Notes: generated by a model not told the origin, from the sequence alone. A DNA stretch of 64,000 nt from an uncultured virus (IMG/VR IMGVR_UViG_3300015608_002806) (IMGVR_UViG_3300015608_002806), one strand, 5' to 3'. Shown: positions 29,345-39,455, counted from the stretch's first letter. Program-made: numbers and translations.

Positions 29345-29587
29345 TTATTTGTCTTCCTTAATTTGTAATTGTTTTTTCAATACTCTTTTTTTTTCTCTTT
29401 TTATAGCTCTTCGTTTTTCTTCTTTTTGTATTTCAGATTTTTTCTTAAATCTTGTTGAATCAACGAAATCCATTATAACTTTACTACGTTGAACTTTTTT
29501 CATGAATCTTCTTATTAATTTAGACTCATCTTCATTTTTATCTTCTCTCTTTGTTACTTCAACATTTATACATTTATTTTTGCTCAT
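29345..29587 (-). CDS. rpsU: Phage-encoded ribosomal protein bS21-like
   Basis: V.V....NED.SKLIRRF.KKV.RS.VI.D......F.KKSE..K...RRA.KR matches the bS21 pattern; 80 aa, highly basic. Confidence 0.75.
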   Translation of the reverse strand: MSKNKCINVEVTKREDKNEDESKLIRRFMKKVQRSKVIMDFVDSTRFKKKSEIQKEEKRRAIKREKKRVLKKQLQIKEDK

Positions 29588-29600
29588 ATTTTCCTTTTAT

Positions 29601-30059
29601 TTATTTTTTAAATTTTTTAGCAAACATATTCATAATAGCAGTATCAGCTTCCACTTTTTCTGGTGCTGATGCGTCTATCATTGGTTCATTCATTAAATCA
29701 TTTAATGATGAAAATTGTTTTGTTTCTGAAACTTGCTTTGGTGACATTACAGATTCTATTGGTACAATATTTTCATTAAAAATATTTAAACCTGATGCAT
29801 CAACATTGGATGGTTTATGTTTAATAATTTTTTTCCATTTATCAAATTCTGATATTGTATTTGTTTTATTTGTTTGTTGGGGGGCAATGGTTCTTTTTTC
29901 TTCAATTGGTTGAAGATTTGAATTTTCCACAGAAGAAATAACTTTTGTTGCTTTGTATGCTTCAAGAATAATTTTTGATATAAGATCATCCTCTTGAAGA
30001 ATCTCTTTGACCATTTCTTTTATTACATCTTTAAGTTGTGATTTTGATTTTATTTCCAT
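29601..30059 (-). CDS. Hypothetical protein, possibly internal head protein
   Basis: N-terminal KSQLKDVIKEMVKEIL.E motif; adjacent to prohead protease. Confidence 0.65.
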   Translation of the reverse strand: MEIKSKSQLKDVIKEMVKEILQEDDLISKIILEAYKATKVISSVENSNLQPIEEKRTIAPQQTNKTNTISEFDKWKKIIKHKPSNVDASGLNIFNENIVPIESVMSPKQVSETKQFSSLNDLMNEPMIDASAPEKVEADTAIMNMFAKKFKK

Positions 30060-30061
30060 TT

Positions 30062-30631
30062 TTAAACCATTAAAATGTCATTCATTAATCTAAATATTTT
30101 TTCTGTTTTGGGTGTATATATTTTTGATTCTTTTATCATGAAAGCACCTGATGTACTTGGTTCTTGTACAAGATCGAAGCAAATTAAACGATAATCACTG
30201 TTTACAACAATTGTATCACCCTCTGTTGTGGTTGAACCAAATCCACGAGATGAAATACCAAGAGTTATGCCATCTTCAATTAATGCTTGTGCCTCTTTTC
30301 CTTTGCTAGTGTTTAGTAATTTAATTTTGCCACAAACATCATCACCATCCCACCAAATTTTTTCGACAACATGAGAAGCATCGGCTAAATTCACAGAAAG
30401 ACTTGACGGATGATCAAGAGCACCCAACGCTCTTTTTTCTTGAATTAATAATTGATAATTTTCTATTTCTCTTAAAAGAACTTTTTTTTCATAAATTCTT
30501 CCATTGCCATTTTTAACATTTGCTCTTTGCATAACACCAGAAAGATAAATATTTTGTTTTTTTGTTACAGGATCTGTTTCTTTAACAATGCTAGATGGAT
30601 CTATTTTTACATATTCTAAAAGAGGTTCCAT
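30062..30631 (-). CDS. Prohead core protein protease (T4 gp21-like)
   Basis: NGNGRIY, ALGALDHP, ASHVV, LGISSRGFGS, FDLVQEPST.GAF. Confidence 0.93.
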   Translation of the reverse strand: MEPLLEYVKIDPSSIVKETDPVTKKQNIYLSGVMQRANVKNGNGRIYEKKVLLREIENYQLLIQEKRALGALDHPSSLSVNLADASHVVEKIWWDGDDVCGKIKLLNTSKGKEAQALIEDGITLGISSRGFGSTTTEGDTIVVNSDYRLICFDLVQEPSTSGAFMIKESKIYTPKTEKIFRLMNDILMV

Positions 30632-30637
30632 TTTTAT

Positions 30638-30895
30638 TTATTCCTTTACTGAAGGATTGTTTGCTTGGAATAAATCTTTTAATTTTAATCCGGTTGAATC
30701 CAATTTCATTTCTTTTTCAAAGAAAACAAAAGCTTCTTCTATTTTGTTTTTAACAAAAGAATCTTGTGAATTTGAATATATTTCACCAAGAATAAAAATT
30801 GTTTTTTCAATTGGATTTGATCTTTGCTCAAGCAAAATTTCTGTTTCTTCTTTTATTATTTGCTTTAATACTGATTCTTTAATATTTACTTTCAT
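30638..30895 (-). CDS. Hypothetical protein, possibly internal head protein
   Basis: MKVNIKESVLKQIIKEE N-terminal motif. Confidence 0.65.
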   Translation of the reverse strand: MKVNIKESVLKQIIKEETEILLEQRSNPIEKTIFILGEIYSNSQDSFVKNKIEEAFVFFEKEMKLDSTGLKLKDLFQANNPSVKE

Positions 30896-30897
30896 TT

Positions 30898-31224
30898 TTA
30901 TTCCTCTTCTTTGTTTATTTTTTTACCATTTTTCCAATATTCTTTGTTTATTATTGAACCATCTCTTCTGTAAAGAATAAAAGTAGGACCGTTTTCATTG
31001 TGCAAAAATCCTTCAGAATTATACCATTTTTTTAAAAGAACTTGCCCTGTTTTATAAAAATGTATTATTGATGGTCTATTTTGTTTTATAAATTTTTCTT
31101 TATTTAAATATTCTTGATCTTTAAAATCTACCATAATAGCGTTTTCTGTTGTAGAAACGCTTCCTTCAATATAAGACAATCCACTATATATATTATCAAT
31201 TTTTAAAAAAGTAAGTATATTCAT
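30898..31224 (-). CDS. Divergent single-repeat HNENGP protein (intermediate between families A and B)
   Basis: RPSIIHFYKTGQVLLKKW followed by LHNENGPTFILY...KEYWKNGKKI. Confidence 0.8.
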   Translation of the reverse strand: MNILTFLKIDNIYSGLSYIEGSVSTTENAIMVDFKDQEYLNKEKFIKQNRPSIIHFYKTGQVLLKKWYNSEGFLHNENGPTFILYRRDGSIINKEYWKNGKKINKEEE

Positions 31225-31249
31225 ATATTATTTTTTTTGTTCTTGTAAT

Positions 31250-31804
31250 TTATTTAATTTGTTTTCCATTTTTCCAATATTCTTGTTTTGTTATTTTTCC
31301 ATTTCCATCATATTCAATAATGGCAGGACTATTCTCATTATGGCGTTTACCATTTATGTACCATGATTTGTATTTAATGTTTCCACTTGAATAATATGAA
31401 ATATAAGCAGGACCATTCTCATTGTGGCATTTACCATTCACAAACCATGATTTATATTCAATATTTCCATTTTGATCATATCTAATAATAGCAGGACCAT
31501 TTTCATTATGCAGTTTATTATTTATCCACCATTCTTTATATTTAACATTTTTATTTTCATCATAATAAATAACAGCAGGGCTATTTTCATTATGGCGTTT
31601 ACCATTTATGCACCATTCTTTATATGAAACATTTCCATTTTGATCATATTGAATAACAGCAGGACCATTTTCGTTATGATGTTCACCATTTTCATTTTTC
31701 CATATTAATTCAATTGAATATCCATCATTATCTATTTCCGATGGTGGATTGTATTTAATCCCATCAATTATTGTATCTGTTTTATAGAATGTATTTATGA
31801 TCAT
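31250..31804 (-). CDS. HNENGPA-repeat protein, 5 repeats (family A)
   Basis: 184 aa; same caps and repeats. Confidence 0.9.
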   Translation of the reverse strand: MIINTFYKTDTIIDGIKYNPPSEIDNDGYSIELIWKNENGEHHNENGPAVIQYDQNGNVSYKEWCINGKRHNENSPAVIYYDENKNVKYKEWWINNKLHNENGPAIIRYDQNGNIEYKSWFVNGKCHNENGPAYISYYSSGNIKYKSWYINGKRHNENSPAIIEYDGNGKITKQEYWKNGKQIK

Positions 31805-31806
31805 AA

Positions 31807-32292
31807 TTATAAATTATATCCATAAAATGTGTCACTATATGTTGAATATCTTGGCATTGTTCCATCTTCTGATTTTTGAGGTATTTCTCCTAATTCTGTT
31901 GAATTTTCATCAGATGGATCTGTTAATTCATCCTCAAATTCTTCTTTTCCTTGCATTGCTCTGTTGTAATATTCTTTTTCAATAACCAAAAATTCATATA
32001 ATGTTTTAAGAACAACATTTAACGCTTTTAACTCTTTAGAATCTGCATATGTCGCTTCTGTACTTTTATAAACAGCCCCACCTCTAACTGAGGCTGGATC
32101 CACCAATCCTTTTTCAACAAGAAAATCAAACATTTTTTTTGAAGCTAAAAATATTTCCTCATCAATCTTTTCTGCTTTTGGTGTTGTTAAGATTTTATTT
32201 GATTGTGGTGATACAAAAATCAAAAGTTTTGGATGATCATATATAATTAAATTATTGTCAAGAGTTTTTCTTATATTTAATTTAATTTTCAT
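31807..32292 (-). CDS. Hypothetical protein (head region)
   Basis: 161 aa with acidic C-terminus STELGEIPQ. Confidence 0.7.
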   Translation of the reverse strand: MKIKLNIRKTLDNNLIIYDHPKLLIFVSPQSNKILTTPKAEKIDEEIFLASKKMFDFLVEKGLVDPASVRGGAVYKSTEATYADSKELKALNVVLKTLYEFLVIEKEYYNRAMQGKEEFEDELTDPSDENSTELGEIPQKSEDGTMPRYSTYSDTFYGYNL

Positions 32293-32675
32293 TTAATTCT
32301 TATTCCATTTTCCCAATATTCTTGTCTTATTATGTTTCCATCTTCATCATATCCAATAATAGCAGGACCATTTTCATTATGCAATTTATCATTTATATAA
32401 CATTCTTTATATGCAACATTTCCATTTTCATCATATTCAATATAAGCAGGACCATTTTCATTGTGGCATTTACCATTTGCGCACCATAATTTATATGAAA
32501 TATTTCCATTTGGATAATATGAAATAATAGCAGGACCATTGTCGTTATGTAAATTATTATTTTGATTTTTCCATGTTAATTCAATTGATTGTCCATAATT
32601 AAATATTTTCGATGGCGGATTGTATTTAATCCCATCAATTATTGTGTCTGTTTTGTATAATGTATTTATGATCAT
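32289..32675 (-). CDS. HNENGPA-repeat protein, 3 repeats (family A)
   Basis: 128 aa; same caps and repeats. Confidence 0.9.
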   Translation of the reverse strand: MIINTLYKTDTIIDGIKYNPPSKIFNYGQSIELTWKNQNNNLHNDNGPAIISYYPNGNISYKLWCANGKCHNENGPAYIEYDENGNVAYKECYINDKLHNENGPAIIGYDEDGNIIRQEYWENGIRIK

Positions 32676-33728
32676 TTATTTATTAAAAAGTTTTTTATAC
32701 AAAATAACAGCTTCATGTTCGTCTGCTAAATTTTTTTCACACATTTGACTATAATAATGAGGGTTTTCTGTTAAATGATCTGCAACAATTTCTTTTACAA
32801 TTTGCAAATTCTTTGTATGTTCTTTTTCAATTATTTGACCTATTTGCACCTCTCTCTGGTCAAAAGATTTTAAATTTTTATTATCACCAGCACCACCTGG
32901 AACAACATCTTCTTTTATTTCTGATACGAGAAGTTGTGTTTTTAATAATGTTTCAATCATTTTTTCTGATATATTTTTTGTTTTTTTAAAAGACGATAAT
33001 TTTTCTATGATTTGATCAAATTTTTCAGAAAACATTTGATTTTCTTTAAAAATTAAATTATTTCTATTTTTTGAAATAAAATCACAAATATTTAAAATTT
33101 CTTCATTTAAATAAATAATAAAATCTGCTGTGTTCTCTCCAAAAGAACCAATGTATTTTGAAATAAGTTTTTTTTGTTCTGGCAATAATTCTTTATATTT
33201 TTTATTAAATTTTTCTGTTAATTTCATAAATACAATATTGTCAATATAATCAAGTTCTTGATTTTCAGATTTTAATTTTTCTTCAAATAATGGTAAAATT
33301 TTATTTGTAATATTTAATCTCTCTGTTAAAGATAATGAATCATCAAGATACGAATATAAATTCATTAATATTTTATATTCTGGAACAAAGGAAGAAAATA
33401 CATTTTGGCCAAATTTTTTATCTATATCTGATAATAGTTTTGTTTGTTCGTTGAAAATTTTTGTTTTATTAAACTTTTTATATTCATCTTTAGCTATTTC
33501 TAATATTTTTTGATTTGAAAAAGAATCTTTATTTTTAAAATTATCTTTATATGATAAAATTTCAAAATAAAGATTTATTTCTTTGCCCAATTCAGTATTT
33601 TCACCAAAATACTTAGAAAACATTTCAGAAATTTCATTGTGTTTTGAGATATTTCCATTTAAAAAAGCTTCAGATTGTTCTCTCAAAAGAATTTCAAAAA
33701 CAATAAATGTATTTCTTTTTTTATTCAT
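32676..33728 (-). CDS. Portal-adjacent hypothetical protein with C-terminal DUF5661-like domain
   Basis: Likely start MNKKRNT at 33728; KFNKKY..L..EQK.L...YI; C-terminal EKEHT...EIVADHL.ENPHYY. Confidence 0.65.
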   Translation of the reverse strand: MNKKRNTFIVFEILLREQSEAFLNGNISKHNEISEMFSKYFGENTELGKEINLYFEILSYKDNFKNKDSFSNQKILEIAKDEYKKFNKTKIFNEQTKLLSDIDKKFGQNVFSSFVPEYKILMNLYSYLDDSLSLTERLNITNKILPLFEEKLKSENQELDYIDNIVFMKLTEKFNKKYKELLPEQKKLISKYIGSFGENTADFIIYLNEEILNICDFISKNRNNLIFKENQMFSEKFDQIIEKLSSFKKTKNISEKMIETLLKTQLLVSEIKEDVVPGGAGDNKNLKSFDQREVQIGQIIEKEHTKNLQIVKEIVADHLTENPHYYSQMCEKNLADEHEAVILYKKLFNK

Positions 33729-36700
33729 CTTCGTTTCCGTCCTCTTTCTTTGGCGTATAATTATCTTCCAGATATTTAACAAAAGAATTTTGTATATTAT
33801 TTTTTATAATTATACTCTTATTTTCATTTATTAAAGTCATTGTCTTTAAAATATCATTAACTTCATCATCTTGCTTATTATTTTCTGGAATTATGCCCAT
33901 TGAAAGAGATTTAAGACCCATTGCGCCCTGGAATACATTGCGATAATTGTTTGAACTAGCCATTTGATTATATTTGGATTTTAATTGTTTGACTCTTGGA
34001 ACGGATGATTGTCTAGAATCATGACCAACTTTTGTGTACGCTTTTCCATTTGCGTTTGGGCTCATATACGTTTCATTTCTCTTTGCTTCGTTCCCTGTTT
34101 TTGTTTCAATGTCAGAACCAGATTCGCCACCAACATCAGCTTTTAGTTGTTCTATTTCATCCGCTGAAGGTGATGCCATCAATGTGTCTGATGTTGGACC
34201 TGTTGAATCTTCAGGTTCAGAAATACCAGCAGAGGCAAAGTCATCACTAGGCATTCCGCCGCCAGCAGGACCACCACCATCTGATGTGTTCATTTCTGAT
34301 AATTGTTGCATCAAAATTTCTCTCTTTATATCAGAGAACAATCCACTAATTTGTTCTTGTATTTCAATATCAGACATACCAAAAATTTTCTTATAAATGT
34401 ATTCTTTTGAGAAAAATCCTTCTGCTAATGAAGAAGCAACCTCTGATCTGAGTCTGAGGTGCTCCAATTCTTGCATTTCAGCAATTTTGCTTGGATTATT
34501 AAGTTTAATGTCAAAATCCAATAAATCTTTGCCTCTAAATCCAATTGCCCACAAATGAATTGTTGCAATCTTTTTTAATTCAGCAACAATTGAATTTTGG
34601 ATTCTCATAATTGTTTTACCAAACATGAGATCTTTTTGAGCAAGAGACATCTTGTCTTCAACTGTGTCAGATTGGGCAAGATAAGCTCCAGGAATCTTGA
34701 GGCCCGAGAACAATTTATCTTTAAAATACTTTATGTCATCAATTGCATCAACGAGCTGACCAGATTGAAGTGTGTCAATTTTTGTTGGTGAATCTTTACC
34801 GCGTACTGGGAGGTAGAAATCTTTCTCAATTGAATTGGTAATTAATAGTCCTGACTTGCTTATTGTCCCATCATTACAATGAGTTAAAACAGCAAAGTTG
34901 TGTCTGTCTTGTTCTCCATTTGGTCCCTCGACCGTCATACAATAAACATCTTCTTGTTTTTCTAAAATTTCTAGTTTTTTCACTTTGTGATTTATTACAC
35001 GACCACCACCAGGAAACTCCATATCTGGTTTGATTTTTTTGTAAAAATCTCTGTAATCAGAAAAACCATATTTTTGAATAATTGATCTAATTTTTGCCCT
35101 GTGAACTGATGTAAATTTTTTGACATTATTGTTGAGTTTAAGTATTAAATCATTAAAATATTTATCATTTGTCAAAATATCACAAAGTTTTTCAACTGAA
35201 ATATAACTATCAGAATTTTTGATTATATCTTGGATATAATTTAAAACATCTTCATTAAAGTTGAAGCTCATTTTTTGGCGGGTTTTTGTTGTATCGCCCT
35301 TCCAAAAATCTTTTTTTAATTCGCTTCTAATTTTATTATGTTCTTTATGAAGATCTGAATTATTATAATCAATAATATATTTTTTAAGATTAAGTGATGG
35401 ATATCTTTCCTTTGATGCTTTTGAATGGGCTTCGGATTTATTCCATTTTATAATGTTTTGTTTTCCAATTTGTGCATGGTATTCACTGTGTTCTTTGTTT
35501 GTCATCCATTCTAACAATGATGGATCATTATTTAAAGCATCAAAAGGTTTTTCTTTTGTTCCTTTATGGTGTATTACCAAAAAATCACCTTCATTTTTTA
35601 TATCTTGTTTCTTAATTTCTTTTTCTTTTGACAAAACATCATTAGCCACAAATCTATGAGTAAAAATATATTTTCCTTCTTTTGGATCATAAACTTTGTA
35701 ATATTGTTTTTTATTTTGGTTACTGTATTTTTCTTGCTCTCTATAAAAAGGCATTAATGAATCATTTTCTTTTAATTCATCAGCTCTAACTTTGGTCCCA
35801 TCTCTTAGAATAAATGGATGTTCTGGTGCTGAATCAATATATGTATCATCATCCAAAACAACTCTAATTAATTTGTTTGCTGTATAGTTTTTTCCACACC
35901 AAACAACCTTTCCTGGCAGGAGATTGTGTTGTTTGTCGTGAATTGAATGAACCCAATTTGTTTTGCCAGAATCATATTCTTTTGCTAATTCTTCAATTGT
36001 AATATTTCTTCCGTCCAACAAAGGAATAATTGAATTTTTAGAGATGGGAAAGGTTGGATTGTAACGTCTGTCAGCTCTTCCTGTTTCTGTATCAATAATG
36101 GTATTTTCTTTTATGTTTGATATAATTTTATTAATATAACTTTCAACATCTTCTGGTGCTATTGATGCAACATCAATATAAAAAACACGTCTTTCGCTAC
36201 TGCGAACCATTCTATACCCAATAACATAATTTTCCATTAAATCTAGTTGTCGCCAAATTCTTCTAATGCCATTTAATACAGAAATTCCATATGGAAGATA
36301 TTTGTCATCACCAAGAATTCTAAAATGAGCAACCTGCCAATTTTCAAAAGCCTGTCCGCCAGAATTCCATTGGAATCTTACATAATTAGGATTTTTTTCA
36401 TCTAAACCCTCCATTCTTTCAATTTCAGAAGGTCTAAATCCTATAAAAGAAGTAATACCAATTTTTTCTTCAATATTAAAATAAATGAAAAGATCACCCA
36501 TTTTACAAAGCGAACGAACCCATGAAAAAAGATTATCATGCACATTTAATATATTATAAAACAAATGATTTAGATTATCTTTAATTTCATCATTATTGGT
36601 TAATATTTTAACCATTGGAGAAAATTCAGAATATGCTGTTATTTCAGATGCATAAATGTCCAAAGCACTGGATACTTCTGGTGAACTAAGATCTATTGTT

Positions 36701-36999
36701 TCAAATTCCATGTAACGCTCAAGTCTTCCCATTTGAGCAACAGATCTTGTATAAAGATAGTCTATTGGGCTTGAAGATGAAGATTTCTTAAATGGCAATC
36801 CACCAGCTGAAAAGAATTTATATTTATTTAAATCTTTTCTCTTGTTTAGTAATGGATGTGGTGTTTTATAATTAGCCAACCCACCACTTAACAATCTTGT
36901 CAGATCTTTATATAGTTTATGTTGTGGATTATAGGGATTATCAGCAACTTGTGGTTTTTTTGCTTTTTCGTTAAAGTATCTTGATTTAATTGGTGGCAT
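33721..36999 (-). CDS. Portal protein (T4 gp20-like) containing an intein
   Basis: PEVSSALDIYA, WQVAHFR, LPYG.S.L, YRMVRSSERRVFYIDV, DFYLPVRG, IDDIKYF..KLF.GLKIP. Confidence 0.93.
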   Translation of the reverse strand: MPPIKSRYFNEKAKKPQVADNPYNPQHKLYKDLTRLLSGGLANYKTPHPLLNKRKDLNKYKFFSAGGLPFKKSSSSSPIDYLYTRSVAQMGRLERYMEFETIDLSSPEVSSALDIYASEITAYSEFSPMVKILTNNDEIKDNLNHLFYNILNVHDNLFSWVRSLCKMGDLFIYFNIEEKIGITSFIGFRPSEIERMEGLDEKNPNYVRFQWNSGGQAFENWQVAHFRILGDDKYLPYGISVLNGIRRIWRQLDLMENYVIGYRMVRSSERRVFYIDVASIAPEDVESYINKIISNIKENTIIDTETGRADRRYNPTFPISKNSIIPLLDGRNITIEELAKEYDSGKTNWVHSIHDKQHNLLPGKVVWCGKNYTANKLIRVVLDDDTYIDSAPEHPFILRDGTKVRADELKENDSLMPFYREQEKYSNQNKKQYYKVYDPKEGKYIFTHRFVANDVLSKEKEIKKQDIKNEGDFLVIHHKGTKEKPFDALNNDPSLLEWMTNKEHSEYHAQIGKQNIIKWNKSEAHSKASKERYPSLNLKKYIIDYNNSDLHKEHNKIRSELKKDFWKGDTTKTRQKMSFNFNEDVLNYIQDIIKNSDSYISVEKLCDILTNDKYFNDLILKLNNNVKKFTSVHRAKIRSIIQKYGFSDYRDFYKKIKPDMEFPGGGRVINHKVKKLEILEKQEDVYCMTVEGPNGEQDRHNFAVLTHCNDGTISKSGLLITNSIEKDFYLPVRGKDSPTKIDTLQSGQLVDAIDDIKYFKDKLFSGLKIPGAYLAQSDTVEDKMSLAQKDLMFGKTIMRIQNSIVAELKKIATIHLWAIGFRGKDLLDFDIKLNNPSKIAEMQELEHLRLRSEVASSLAEGFFSKEYIYKKIFGMSDIEIQEQISGLFSDIKREILMQQLSEMNTSDGGGPAGGGMPSDDFASAGISEPEDSTGPTSDTLMASPSADEIEQLKADVGGESGSDIETKTGNEAKRNETYMSPNANGKAYTKVGHDSRQSSVPRVKQLKSKYNQMASSNNYRNVFQGAMGLKSLSMGIIPENNKQDDEVNDILKTMTLINENKSIIIKNNIQNSFVKYLEDNYTPKKEDGNEDE
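34834..36048 (-). mobile_element. Intein (~405 aa) with HNH homing endonuclease, class 3-like
   Basis: Block A PISKNSIIPLLDG, block B APEHPF, HNH (HRFVA...IHHK...NN...L...EH..YH), block F DVYCMTV..HNF, ends ITN/S; N-terminal junction uncertain by 1 codon. Confidence 0.88.
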
Positions 37000-37010
37000 T
37001 ATTTTTCTCT

Positions 37011-38663
37011 TTATTTAATAAATATAGATTTTTGTAAATTTTTATCATCTCTTGGTTTTCTTGGTCCCAAAACCCATGAAATATTTTCAACACCTGTTGG
37101 AGTTTCTATTTGATAAGGATTAACTATTTGAGATTTTTTTTGTTCATCTGGTAACCCAAAATAATCGAATTTTTTATTACTTGTTAATCTTTGATTTTGA
37201 TAATAATTTGTTACAGCATCACTTAATAACATCTTTCGAGATGAACCTATTGCAAAATGTTGTAATAAATAACAACCTATAGCATAAGTCATAACCAAAT
37301 CATCATTTTTGCCATTTTTTGCTTCTGGTTTCCCTCTGCTTCCATAAACAAAAGATTCAGCTTCTTCAACCAATCTTTCTGATGTTGGTATAATCAATCT
37401 GTTTCTAATATAATGCTCCAGTCTTTCGATTGCAATGGGTCGAGTCTTAACGTTTGTATTAAACCCCAAATCAAGGTTTGGCAAGCTGTCATCAAAATAT
37501 CCACAACAATGTTCTTCAGTTGATTTGTTATAATGATAAATATTCTTATATGAACATTCCACAATTCTTCTTAAAACAGCAAACCCAGTGTGCATGTTTT
37601 CAACACAAATTATTGCTGTATTGTATCTATATCCTATAATCATTAATAAGTCAGCTAATGAATCAGGTTTGACTTTTGCTTTGAATTCACATACAATTTG
37701 TAAAGTATTTAAATCAAAAACAACAGCAGTTGAATAATCTTTGCCAGTTCCTGAACTAACATCGCTGGTGATTAAATATTTATGATCCTTGTTTGGTTTT
37801 TCCCATGTCCACAAAGCTCGGTCTGTCTCGCTTTTTTGCTCTGGATTTACAATATTTTTTCTCAAAAATTGAATATCATCAGGATCAATAACTGTTTCCC
37901 CTGATTGTTGAAAATTGCAACCATATTCTTGACTAAATTTAACCTTTCCAATTTGTTTAATTGTGTCTTCGTACCATTTTTCATCTCTGTCTGGATGAAC
38001 TTGCCAATCTAATTTAATTGCATTGAAATCAGATTCATTTGTTTCTGTTTTTGACCACATGTCGTAGAAGAAATTGCTCATACCATATGCTGTTGAGTTA
38101 ATTATTGCAGAACCTCCACCTGTGTTTAGAGCAGGGAAAGCTGATTCTGTCCAAATTTTTTCAAGATGATCAATTTGTGCAGCTTCATCAATGATAAACA
38201 AAGATGGAGTGTAACCACGACCAGCATCTTCTGTTGGCGCTAGAGCTTTAACACGAGATCTTGTGTTCAATTCAACCGTGTGAACGTTGTTAAAAATGAT
38301 TTTGGCACCCAAAGCCTCCATCACCCAAGGAGAAATAAAATCAAATGCATATTTAATTTTACGCACGAATTCTTTGGAATCCTCTTCGGTCAGAGAGATA
38401 ACCAGAACAACTTTATCTTGGTGGAAAAGCATGTACCAAGCAATATATGCAGCCATTAATGTGGACAAACCAAGCTGCCGAGACTTCAAAACTATATTAA
38501 ATCTATTAGAAACAAAGGAGTTCAAGCACTCCTCTTGGAATGGATAAAGCTCAAATAATGCCTTTCGTCCGCCGCTCTGGATGTATACATGATTTTTTAT
38601 AAAATATATTGGATCTTGACATTTTTTTAGCTCAGATAATATAAATTTTTTATCAAAAGCCAT
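37011..38663 (-). CDS. terL: Terminase large subunit (T4 gp17-like)
   Basis: LYPFQ, Walker A KSRQLGLST, Walker B IIDEAA, F.QEY.C.F, nuclease DVSSG.G.DYS and DDLV. Confidence 0.95.
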   Translation of the reverse strand: MAFDKKFILSELKKCQDPIYFIKNHVYIQSGGRKALFELYPFQEECLNSFVSNRFNIVLKSRQLGLSTLMAAYIAWYMLFHQDKVVLVISLTEEDSKEFVRKIKYAFDFISPWVMEALGAKIIFNNVHTVELNTRSRVKALAPTEDAGRGYTPSLFIIDEAAQIDHLEKIWTESAFPALNTGGGSAIINSTAYGMSNFFYDMWSKTETNESDFNAIKLDWQVHPDRDEKWYEDTIKQIGKVKFSQEYGCNFQQSGETVIDPDDIQFLRKNIVNPEQKSETDRALWTWEKPNKDHKYLITSDVSSGTGKDYSTAVVFDLNTLQIVCEFKAKVKPDSLADLLMIIGYRYNTAIICVENMHTGFAVLRRIVECSYKNIYHYNKSTEEHCCGYFDDSLPNLDLGFNTNVKTRPIAIERLEHYIRNRLIIPTSERLVEEAESFVYGSRGKPEAKNGKNDDLVMTYAIGCYLLQHFAIGSSRKMLLSDAVTNYYQNQRLTSNKKFDYFGLPDEQKKSQIVNPYQIETPTGVENISWVLGPRKPRDDKNLQKSIFIK

Positions 38664-39169
38664 TAATCTTTATCTTTAAACAGATATTTATTTCTCTTAA
38701 GAACCTCATCTCTATAATCTTCTACATCATCATTTGATTCTTCAAATTTAGATTTTAATCCTTCAATTTCATAGACTTTTGTAAATGTTTTTAGCTCTCT
38801 AATAAGAGAAATAGTATCAGTTCTTTCCTTTGTTTCGCCAACCTCTTTTAACGTTAATGTTTTGTCTGATAATTTTTTGTATTCAGTTTTAAGTTTTGAT
38901 ACAAATTCTTTCATTGCTGCCTCTGCATCATTTTCAAATTTAATTTTTGGCAGCAATGGATTGTGAGTTTCCATTTGATACATGATTATAACTTTATTAT
39001 CAAAGCATCTTACACCAAAAGCACTATTTATACCAAAATCTTTATATGGATTTTCTCCATCTTCTTTTCTTTTGTTTGTTTTTGCAACATGACATTTTGA
39101 ATTTTCAAATGCCTGCATTATATGTCTGCATGTGTCAATTAACTTTTTATTGCCATTATCTTTTATCAT
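38663..39169 (-). CDS. Hypothetical protein
   Basis: Likely ATG at 39169 after AAGGA; TAATG coupling to terL. Confidence 0.7.
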   Translation of the reverse strand: MIKDNGNKKLIDTCRHIMQAFENSKCHVAKTNKRKEDGENPYKDFGINSAFGVRCFDNKVIIMYQMETHNPLLPKIKFENDAEAAMKEFVSKLKTEYKKLSDKTLTLKEVGETKERTDTISLIRELKTFTKVYEIEGLKSKFEESNDDVEDYRDEVLKRNKYLFKDKD

Positions 39170-39455
39170 TAGTTTTTCCTTCAATATTAATAATATAACA
39201 TTTTTCACACGAATTATATTTTATATAGTGCATTTTGTCATTATTTAATAAAATAATTTTTTTACAAAAAATACAATTATTTGTTTTTATTTCTATTTTT
39301 TTGGATTTTATTTTTTGTTCTGATAACCATTTATAAAATTTTTTATCATTTTCTTCTGTTTGTTTTACAGATTCAATTTCTTGCAAAAGTTCATGTCCAA
39401 ATGCTTTTTCAATAAAAATGTCAATATCAGAAAGTTCATTATTTGATTGCTTCAT
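39156..39455 (-). CDS. Small zinc-finger hypothetical protein
   Basis: CIFC...CEKC; likely ATG at 39455. Confidence 0.6.
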   Translation of the reverse strand: MKQSNNELSDIDIFIEKAFGHELLQEIESVKQTEENDKKFYKWLSEQKIKSKKIEIKTNNCIFCKKIILLNNDKMHYIKYNSCEKCYIINIEGKTNDKR

